Virus record (IMG/VR): IMGVR_UViG_3300044228_005231
Coordinates: 1-36,293 of that record
Source of the DNA: a virus
Taxonomy: Duplodnaviria; Caudoviricetes
Length of the DNA stretch: 36,293 bases
Reading direction: 5' to 3' (one strand)
Positions 15,356 to 22,387 of this stretch are shown piece after piece. Within the stretch, counting starts at the first letter, position 1, and every line of letters starts with the position of its first letter. Below the pieces are notes generated by a model, which saw only the letters and a list, made by a program, of their open reading frames with translations, was not told the origin of the DNA and ran no database searches. Made by a program: the position numbers and the translations under genes.

Positions 15356-16622
15356 CCGAAGCCCCGCCGTCGCCCTTGTCGACCTTGGCTTGCGACGTCG
15401 CGGTCGCGTTCTGTTGCGTCTTAAGCGGCATATTCGCGCCCTGGATATACCCGACGCTTCCGCCTTCAAGTTCCTCGCGATCCTCCATCGCGCGCGCTTC
15501 GTTCGGGGTGAGCTGTCCAGTCGCAATCGCTTTCGCGTTGCCTTCCATGCGGGTTTTATAATCGCCGCGAAGAAGGCCGTCGACGCTGAATTTAATGTAT
15601 CGGCTTTTCTTTCCGCGTCCGATCAGCTTCAGGTTCAATTCCTGTTCGATCTGACGAAGCCAGCGCGTAAGCGTATGCTTCACATAGTGCAAATCTTGCT
15701 GTTCTGTGTTCGAGTGCGTGCCGTTCGTCAGGTCTTGAAGGAAGGTCGGCGGCAAGGAATAAACGCGGGCGATCTGTTCGACACACCACCGTTGCAGTTC
15801 GACTAACTGCATTTCCGCCGGATTGAAGCCGAGTTGCTTCGCCTCGAAGCCGACAGGAAGTGCGATCGCCTGGCGACCTTGCTTGTACGCCTTCGCCATC
15901 GCCGTGTGTAGATCGTTCGAAGCGCGTTCGGCGGTTTCCATGCTGGCAAATGCGCCCTGCAAGACGAGCGGCGGAATACCGCCATTCTGAAACACTTTCG
16001 CGCCGTACTTCGTCGCGGCGATCGCGAGCCCTAGCGCTTCCTTGTTCGCCAGGATCGGCGACAAGTGCGTAAGCTGATCTTCCTTCAGAAGAAAGGGAAT
16101 GTCGATAATGTCGGCGGCGTCGTATACGACCTTCCTGCTCGTTCCCGGTGCCGTGTAGTGGTACGTCTTGCGAAGGTCCGCCCCTAGCTTCACTTCGACG
16201 CCCGACGGCGTCAGCGAAAACAGGTTGACCGGAAAGCCTGTCGGGCTGCGCTCGATATAGGTAAACGACCGCCCGCCGGTAAAGACGCGCGAAAGCATGT
16301 ATTGACGCCAGCCGAACGAAGTCGTCTCGTCGTTCGCCGCATAGGCGAGAAGATCAGACAGCCCACCGCCGACCTTTTGCGCGCCGCCGTTCTTCTTCTG
16401 ATAGACGTGCAAGGGAAGCGACGCGATCTCGCCTGACAGGAAGGCGACGGCGGCGAGTTGCGCCGGAACACTCATAGCCGACTGTTCGTTCACGACTTCG
16501 CCCGACGCTGTACCGCCGAACGTGCCCATAATGCGCGAAAACCATCCGTCGGTCAGCGGCGCGCTACTGTCGGCTTCGTGCGATCTGACTTCGGGCCGGA
16601 AGATGCGATTCAGAATGTTCAT
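15348..16622 (-). CDS. Portal protein, HK97 family
   Basis: IASLPLHVY, FQNGGIP, IARVYSLPP, SNTEQQ, LLRGD, TPNEARAMED motifs. Confidence 0.97.
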   Translation of the reverse strand: MNILNRIFRPEVRSHEADSSAPLTDGWFSRIMGTFGGTASGEVVNEQSAMSVPAQLAAVAFLSGEIASLPLHVYQKKNGGAQKVGGGLSDLLAYAANDETTSFGWRQYMLSRVFTGGRSFTYIERSPTGFPVNLFSLTPSGVEVKLGADLRKTYHYTAPGTSRKVVYDAADIIDIPFLLKEDQLTHLSPILANKEALGLAIAATKYGAKVFQNGGIPPLVLQGAFASMETAERASNDLHTAMAKAYKQGRQAIALPVGFEAKQLGFNPAEMQLVELQRWCVEQIARVYSLPPTFLQDLTNGTHSNTEQQDLHYVKHTLTRWLRQIEQELNLKLIGRGKKSRYIKFSVDGLLRGDYKTRMEGNAKAIATGQLTPNEARAMEDREELEGGSVGYIQGANMPLKTQQNATATSQAKVDKGDGGASDD

Positions 16623-18511
16623 TAGTCCACCAGGCTAAAGTTTTCGTCTTCCCACGGGTCCGACGGCTTCGTTCCGGTAATCCCGGCCTTCGCAGCGCCG
16701 ACAGCCATCGCGAGCGCGACAATTCCGTCGATACGGGCGGTTGCCTTCGCTTTGTCGAAGTGCCAGTCGCCCGTGCCTGCTGGGTTCTTCCTGATCACGC
16801 CTGACGACGCGTTCCAGTTCAAAACCCGGTTGTATTGAATGCGCATACGGCCTTCTAGAATGGCGTTTTCGAGTTCCTGACAGCTTCCCGGCATCCAAAG
16901 CGGATTTTCCTTCGACTTGCCGGTTAGCGGGTCTTTCGTGCTCGATCGCCGGAAGCCTTGCGGATGCTCGATCAAGGGCGGCTCGTAACCCATTCGCCGA
17001 AGCTCTTTTTCCAGTTCCTTATGCCGGTAGCGGTCATATGCGATCGCCTGAAGGTCGAAGTTCGACTGAAGCCAGCGGTAATGTTCGGCAATCGGCGCCA
17101 TCTGAATGACCCGGCCTTCGGTAAGTCGAAGATCCCCGACTTCGTGCCAGACGTCATAACGAACCTTATCCTTATCGACCGCCTCCTGAAGCCCGACGCG
17201 CGGTTTCCAGAAATCGACGAAGGCGTCGTAGTAAATCTTGCCGTCCGCCCGGATTTCGGCGGCGACCGTCGCGTTCGAAGTCAAGTCGGTCGTGAACGAC
17301 AAGTCAGACGCCGACCAGACAAGACGCCCGATCAATTCGGCGCGCAAGTCGTCATGCGTCAGAACCTTTTCCCACATCTCGCGCGTAAGCCAAGCGCTGT
17401 CGGCGTCAGTCCATCGGCAGAAATTCAGGCGCAAACAAGCGTTTTGCTTCGACGGCATGGCGCGCGCCTGGTTTACCTGCTTCCGCAGATAGGCGTGTTT
17501 AATCGTCTTGCCGAGTGACGGGTTCGCTTTAGGCCAGCAAGTTTCGTCGGTTAGCGGATCGTCGTCGCGATCGAGCATCGAAATATATGTGAAGACGCGG
17601 TCGGCGGCTGACTGGTCGGATTCGTCATAAGCGCCGGTCGCGACCGAAAACGCGTAGTCGTGCATGTCGCCGCAAGGCGTCGATTTATTAGACCCGCTGT
17701 TCGTGATTATGAACAATAGCGGGCTGTCGCGGCCTTTGAAGCCAGCTTCGAGCATGTCAACGGCGTCTGACGATTTGTGTTCGTGGTACTCGTCGATTAG
17801 TGCGCAATTCGGGCGCGGCCCTGATACGGCTTCGTCTTTCGATAGCGGTTTGAAGATCGACGACGACCTCAAGTGCGTCCACTGCCAAACAGGGTTGCGG
17901 CCTGAAGGCGTCAGCCGGTCGCGAAGGTCCGGCGACCGCTCGATCATGCGCGTTGCATCTTTGAACAGGATCATAGCTTGCGGCTTGATCGTCGCCGCCG
18001 CGTAAACTTCAGCCGACGCGACCTTGTCGGCGACCATGCAATAAAGCCCGGTACCGGCGGCGAGCGGCGACTTGCCCGACCCCTTGCCGGTTTCAATGTA
18101 GGCCGTCTGAAACCGGCGAACCGTTTTCTTCAGTTCGCGGTCTTCGTAATACCACCCGAACAATGACCCGACGACGAATTGTTGCCAGTCCAAAAGTTCG
18201 AACGGAATTACCTTGTTATCGGCCTCGACGGTCAAGACGTCGCGAAAGAAGTTGATCGCGCGCAACGCCTTGTCAGGATGAAACGACAGGCCGCGCGCCT
18301 TCCCGCTTTTCAGGTCGTCAAGATGACGCTTGCACTCGCCGCGCACGGCAGGCCCGGCAAGTATCTTCCCGTCGACGACCGCGCGAGCGTATGCCGTAAC
18401 CGGATTTTCCGGCGGCTTCTTCGCGCGCGGCTTCCGGGTCGTCGCGCGCTTCTTCGCGGGCGACTTCCGTTTCGGCTTCGGCTTCGTGACGTCAGGCGAA
18501 ATACTGGTCAT
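16622..18511 (-). CDS. terL: Terminase large subunit
   Basis: Walker A GKGSGKS, Walker B LIDEYHEH, ITNSG, WPKANPSLG, nuclease DLS..DLT and RIDGIVA. Confidence 0.97.
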   Translation of the reverse strand: MTSISPDVTKPKPKRKSPAKKRATTRKPRAKKPPENPVTAYARAVVDGKILAGPAVRGECKRHLDDLKSGKARGLSFHPDKALRAINFFRDVLTVEADNKVIPFELLDWQQFVVGSLFGWYYEDRELKKTVRRFQTAYIETGKGSGKSPLAAGTGLYCMVADKVASAEVYAAATIKPQAMILFKDATRMIERSPDLRDRLTPSGRNPVWQWTHLRSSSIFKPLSKDEAVSGPRPNCALIDEYHEHKSSDAVDMLEAGFKGRDSPLLFIITNSGSNKSTPCGDMHDYAFSVATGAYDESDQSAADRVFTYISMLDRDDDPLTDETCWPKANPSLGKTIKHAYLRKQVNQARAMPSKQNACLRLNFCRWTDADSAWLTREMWEKVLTHDDLRAELIGRLVWSASDLSFTTDLTSNATVAAEIRADGKIYYDAFVDFWKPRVGLQEAVDKDKVRYDVWHEVGDLRLTEGRVIQMAPIAEHYRWLQSNFDLQAIAYDRYRHKELEKELRRMGYEPPLIEHPQGFRRSSTKDPLTGKSKENPLWMPGSCQELENAILEGRMRIQYNRVLNWNASSGVIRKNPAGTGDWHFDKAKATARIDGIVALAMAVGAAKAGITGTKPSDPWEDENFSLVD

Positions 18512-18965
18512 TCGGATTCTTGTCTTCCGCCCCTAGATCGACCTTGACGCGGGTTCGCGCCGACGGCGTCAAGCCGAACTCGGCGCAAATTTTCATGATT
18601 TGCGCCATCGCATCTTTACGCACGCCGACCGCCGGATGAATTCTCGTCATTACGCCGCCCGCCTTCGTCTCGACGTCCTGATAGTTCGACCCGTTGTCGG
18701 ATAGCGCGTCGTCGGCTTCGCGGTAATCGGCGATCGCCTGGGCAAACATGGCGGCGGCGGCTTCGTCCGGCTTCTTCGCCACGCCCTGCAATTCGCCGAG
18801 AATGCCGACGACATATTCCCAATATTGCGAGCCTTCTTCCGACAGCCAGAACGGGGCTTTGCCGAGTTCGTTCGTCGGCTTCGGTTCGGCTTCAGGCAAT
18901 GGCCGCTTTCCAGGGTTTCCGGTTACGACTTTTAGCGCTGTTGGTTTTGGTTTTCTTCCGGCCAC
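18492..18965 (-). CDS. terS: Terminase small subunit, P27 family
   Basis: GRKPKPTALK..GNPGKRPL, HPAV, EFGLTPSAR motifs. Confidence 0.95.
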   Translation of the reverse strand: MAGRKPKPTALKVVTGNPGKRPLPEAEPKPTNELGKAPFWLSEEGSQYWEYVVGILGELQGVAKKPDEAAAAMFAQAIADYREADDALSDNGSNYQDVETKAGGVMTRIHPAVGVRKDAMAQIMKICAEFGLTPSARTRVKVDLGAEDKNPNDQYFA

Positions 18966-18968
18966 GGA

Positions 18969-19400
18969 CTATTTACCCTTTCCTTTTGAATTTCGCGTCA
19001 CTGCGTGCGAATGCCCCCCGCCGGTACCGGCGCGATCGGCGATAGTTTTTGACCCCACCCTCCCGTCGTCGTCGAGACCGACGAGAACGCCGCCTGAAGG
19101 CGCTAGGAAGGGGTGCGACGGGTCGATAGGCCATCCGTCTTCGTCGACCCTCACGTCGAAGCCCGCCCGCTCTGCTCGCTGTTTGTGGCGGTCATGGCAG
19201 GGCTTGCAGAGTGACTGTGTGTTATCCGACAACAGGAACAGAACCATGTCGCCCTTATGAGCGACGATATGGTCGACCACGCTTGCAGGCGTATCCTGCC
19301 CATGTTCAGCACACATACGGCATAGGGGCTCAACAGTGAGCCGCCACAATCGCAAGTCTTGCCACGCCTTCAGTTTGTATAGGTGCGTCCACTGTCCCAT
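18969..19400 (-). CDS. Terminase-associated HNH endonuclease (HK97 gp74-like)
   Basis: EPLCRMC...VVDHIVAHKGD...NTQSLCKPCHD...DGWPIDP; adjacent to terS. Confidence 0.9.
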   Translation of the reverse strand: MGQWTHLYKLKAWQDLRLWRLTVEPLCRMCAEHGQDTPASVVDHIVAHKGDMVLFLLSDNTQSLCKPCHDRHKQRAERAGFDVRVDEDGWPIDPSHPFLAPSGGVLVGLDDDGRVGSKTIADRAGTGGGHSHAVTRNSKGKGK

Positions 19401-19594
19401 TACACACCCCATCCAAAGCCGACCATAAGCGCGCTTAGGCTGGCGTGAATTGTGACCGCCCCCGTCTCCCGATCCCTTCGAATGTAAACGCGAGGATAAG
19501 GCTTGCGCATGTCTTCGAATGCCCATGATTTCGGGATGTGTGAACATTCGAAGAAGAAGCGCGTCTTTCCTATGCTGACGAGTCTAACAGCCAT
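19400..19594 (-). CDS. Hypothetical protein
   Basis: 64 aa; 1-nt stop/start overlaps on both sides. Confidence 0.6.
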   Translation of the reverse strand: MAVRLVSIGKTRFFFECSHIPKSWAFEDMRKPYPRVYIRRDRETGAVTIHASLSALMVGFGWGV

Positions 19595-19923
19595 CAGTCA
19601 GCCCCCACGCGGTCGGGATAACGCGCCATGAATGCGCGCATCTTCGCTTCGGTACTGAAGCCGTAGTTCGTCAGGCCGTTGACAGTTCCGCTCGCTCGAT
19701 ACCAATCGCCCTTGTGGTCGTTCCACAAACAGGATTGCGCGCCGAGTGCGCCGTTCGCCCATTCGACGAAGTCGAACCACTCCCAACTACCCGGCGAATG
19801 AGAAAAGTCGCGAACGTTGATCACCCACGGCGTATTGCGCCAAGCCTCCCGAACGGCTTTCGTCGTCTCTTCGTCGCGGTAGTTATACGACACGATCTTT
19901 TCGTATAGTTCGGTAGCCATCAC
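19594..19923 (-). CDS. Hypothetical protein
   Basis: 109 aa, Trp-rich, coupled to neighbours. Confidence 0.7.
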   Translation of the reverse strand: MMATELYEKIVSYNYRDEETTKAVREAWRNTPWVINVRDFSHSPGSWEWFDFVEWANGALGAQSCLWNDHKGDWYRASGTVNGLTNYGFSTEAKMRAFMARYPDRVGAD

Positions 19924-20300
19924 TTAGACCCCTTCAGGCTGACTTCGATAGATTGGCGAGACCACCGGCGGACCTTGCCGCGACAGGTGGCAGTTATGAG
20001 AATGCGACGCCGGGTTCGGCAGACATGGCTACCGATCTGGATCGACCGAATGTGAAAGCGTTCGTCCTTCTCACGGGCTGACAGCAGTCCGCGAAGCTTC
20101 CGATCGACATTGTCGTCGAGCCGCAGATAGGCCGCTTCCCGTGCGTCCAGGTCGGGCGCTGACAGCACCTCTTCGGCGAGACGGTGAATCTCTCGATCGC
20201 CTGCAAGGGCGTCGCTGCATTCCAGACAGGCGCGGTGAAAGACGGCGTCGTATCGCAGCCGCATGTCTTCGGCGTCAGGGGGGGTCGGGGTTTTAGCCAT
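19920..20300 (-). CDS. Hypothetical protein
   Basis: 126 aa from MAKTPTPP; 8-nt overlap with upstream gene. Confidence 0.65.
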   Translation of the reverse strand: MAKTPTPPDAEDMRLRYDAVFHRACLECSDALAGDREIHRLAEEVLSAPDLDAREAAYLRLDDNVDRKLRGLLSAREKDERFHIRSIQIGSHVCRTRRRILITATCRGKVRRWSRQSIEVSLKGSK

Positions 20301-20721
20301 AACGGCGATCTTCCCTCGCATCGGCTGACGCTTCGGTTTCGTCTTCGATCGCCTGGTCGACGCCGTCAGGTGCCCACATGGCCAGCCACCGGCGCATTCT
20401 GCTTTGCGAGAGACAGCAACGTTCAGACGCGGCGCTATGGGATAACCCGGCGTCTCTTGCGGCCTTGTAGGTCGTGAGCCGCTTCAGGCGGGCTTCAGGT
20501 GGCAACACCTGCGATCGACGTCCGTCATTGACCAATGTTCGCCGAAGGTCTTCGGCGTACTTCTCTAGCCACTGGTGGGCCGACTGCTTTCGGATTCCGC
20601 ACCGGCGCGCGAAGTCGCTGACGTTGCCGCCCTCGCTGGCGACCTGCCACCCGATCCGCCGTCTTTCGACGTGCCATTCGGGAGAACCCACCTCTGGCGG
20701 CGTGGCTTTCAACTTCGTCAA
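20293..20721 (-). CDS. Tandem helix-turn-helix protein, candidate late-gene regulator
   Basis: Two HTH-like segments (NVSDFARRCGIRKQSAHQWLEKY; GLSHSAASERCCLSQSRMRRWL); TTG start with GAGGGGG RBS; first gene of the late-direction operon. Confidence 0.65.
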   Translation of the reverse strand: MTKLKATPPEVGSPEWHVERRRIGWQVASEGGNVSDFARRCGIRKQSAHQWLEKYAEDLRRTLVNDGRRSQVLPPEARLKRLTTYKAARDAGLSHSAASERCCLSQSRMRRWLAMWAPDGVDQAIEDETEASADAREDRRYG

Positions 20722-20756
20722 TGTGTAGCCCCCTCGAAAGGAAGCCCGGCCCGTGT

Positions 20757-20773
20757 TGATACGATCCGTATTA
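20757..20773. promoter_or_regulatory. Third copy of repressor operator (16/17 match), near a TTGACT -35 box (20794-20789, minus strand)
   Basis: TGATACGATCCGTATTA is the reverse complement of TAATACGGATCGTATCA. Confidence 0.75.
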
Positions 20774-20832
20774 GATTTCGGCGGAGACAGTCAACTCGCC
20801 AGATGCGCGAAAAGTTCCCGTCGCTGTCGAAG

Positions 20833-21047
20833 TTTCAATCGTATGATAAAACGGGGTATACACAAATAAAAGCCCATACATAGCGATAAACGATATATAT
20901 AAGCCCTCCCCTATACCCCCTATCAAAACGTCATACGTTTGAAAAAATATATATATATTATATGTAGTTAAGTAGGTTTCAGTCGTATGATTCAGTCGTA
21001 TGATTTTTTTATACGTTTGCCCTCCTACAGAGTTTCAGTCGTTTGAT
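20833..21047. repeat. Putative replication origin: TTTCAGTCGTATGAT-type iterons around an AT-rich core
   Basis: Direct copies at 20833-47, 20977-91, 20991-21004, 21033-47; inverted copy at 20931-44; (AT)n tract ~20942-63. Confidence 0.7.
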
Positions 21048-21191
21048 TTTCCCAAACGCAAATTATACACTTGAAACCCTGAACCTAACGGTTTTGTAAC
21101 GTTAGTATGAGCCGTATTCGCCGCCTCTTGCATGGCTTGACGCCGTCGGCGGTTCGGGCGATCTCGATCCGATCAATTGAACGGGGCTCAT

Positions 21192-21485
21192 ATGTCGAAC
21201 AAGGTTTATCGCTGGTCGCGTCCAGCGCTTCCCGAAGATCAGGGCGGGCAGGGCTTGCCGCTTGCGGTCGTGGCGATCGTGCTAGGCTTCGCCGGGCTGC
21301 TCTTCGCGCCTATGGTAGCGGAAAGCGGCGAAGTCGATCTAGCGGCCTTCCTGGCGATCGTCAGCGGCCCGCTATTCGGCGTCGGCGTCTTCTTCGCCGG
21401 TTCGCTCTTGATCGTGCGCGAAGTGCGTCAGGCGGCGTTTGAAGCGGCGATACGGGCTGGCGAGGCTGAACAGGTCGGAAAATGA
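21192..21485 (+). CDS. Two-TM membrane protein, moron-like
   Basis: 97 aa, two hydrophobic helices, opposite strand to flanking operons, TTGACG box upstream. Confidence 0.7.
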   Translation: MSNKVYRWSRPALPEDQGGQGLPLAVVAIVLGFAGLLFAPMVAESGEVDLAAFLAIVSGPLFGVGVFFAGSLLIVREVRQAAFEAAIRAGEAEQVGK

Positions 21486-21763
21486 CCGAGTCGCTTGAAG
21501 TTATGACCGAACGGGCTCCCACGTTGCGAGAATTGGCGCTACACGGCGTCGAAGGGCTTCACATGGCGTGCCGGTCGCAAAAGTGCCGAAACGCGTCTGA
21601 CGCGCCCCTGAGCGCGTTTTCAGGCGACGAGACGGTTCACACTGTCGGGAAACGGGCAAAGTGCCGGGCGTGCGGTTGCTCGAACCCGGTCATTCACCCC
21701 AATTGGAAGGCGACGGGCTATGCGCAACCATCGCGCCGCCCGCCGTCGAAGTCGTCGGCCTAG
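21482..21763 (+). CDS. Small Cys4 zinc-binding protein
   Basis: CRSQKC...CRACG...HPNW; ATGA-coupled to upstream gene. Confidence 0.7.
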   Translation: MTESLEVMTERAPTLRELALHGVEGLHMACRSQKCRNASDAPLSAFSGDETVHTVGKRAKCRACGCSNPVIHPNWKATGYAQPSRRPPSKSSA

Positions 21764-22011
21764 TCGCCCGGCCTTGCCCATACTGGCCACATAAGCGCCA
21801 TTATGCCGAGCGTGATATAGAACAGCGTCGAAACTGCCCACGGCGGCAAATCCTCGACAAGATCGTCGTTAAATTCGACCCATAGTGAAGTGTCGTGCCC
21901 CCGCATCATGACGTCAGACAATGCCACCTTGGCGAGCCCGAAGCCGACATAGGCCAGCGTGGCGAGCGTCGCCGATAGTTGAAAAATCCCGATCGCGTAT
22001 TCGAAGTTCAT
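21760..22011 (-). CDS. Small two-TM membrane protein
   Basis: 83 aa; ATGA overlap with upstream gene. Confidence 0.65.
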   Translation of the reverse strand: MNFEYAIGIFQLSATLATLAYVGFGLAKVALSDVMMRGHDTSLWVEFNDDLVEDLPPWAVSTLFYITLGIMALMWPVWARPGD

Positions 22012-22385
22012 TTGTCGCCCCTCCGTTTACGCGCCATAGTTTGCGCTCGCTTCAGGCTGGCGACCGCCTTGTTCATGGCTTCCACGCTCTCGAAGTCTTC
22101 GGGGTCCACGCGGCTTAAAGCGACGGTCGCCGCCCTGAGCTTCGTCGAGTGAATCCAGGCGGGCTTAGTTCCTTCGCGCCACCACTCTCGCCAAAATTTG
22201 CTTAGGCCCGGTTTCCAGATGATCTTGCCCTTGCGCTCGTCATAGGTGACGCCCTTCGACATATAGGTCGCGTAAATCTTCCCCCCGCGTATCGTGCGGA
22301 CGCAATAGGTAAACAGCTTGATTGAGCCGTCTTCGGAATCCGCATAGTAGTGGTAAAAGAGGCTACCAATTTTGGGGTTTCTCAT
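22008..22385 (-). CDS. Hypothetical protein
   Basis: 125 aa from MRNPKIG, 2 nt after the primase stop. Confidence 0.7.
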   Translation of the reverse strand: MRNPKIGSLFYHYYADSEDGSIKLFTYCVRTIRGGKIYATYMSKGVTYDERKGKIIWKPGLSKFWREWWREGTKPAWIHSTKLRAATVALSRVDPEDFESVEAMNKAVASLKRAQTMARKRRGDK

Positions 22386-22387
22386 TC

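Noticed and set aside
3880-18822. Many antisense and alternate-frame ORFs of 60-230 aa over structural genes
   Set aside because: Shadows of real genes in GC-rich DNA; no RBS, motifs or coupling
19423-19446. Degenerate late motif CGCCAGC-N10-TTA upstream of HNH
   Set aside because: Three mismatches in ten fixed positions; not distinguishable from chance
19400-19600. Possible tRNA or ncRNA upstream of the HNH gene
   Set aside because: No cloverleaf or T-loop signature; a coupled 64-aa ORF fills the interval
20833-21047. Repeats as a mini-CRISPR array
   Set aside because: Repeats are only ~15 bp, irregularly spaced and in both orientations; iterons fit better
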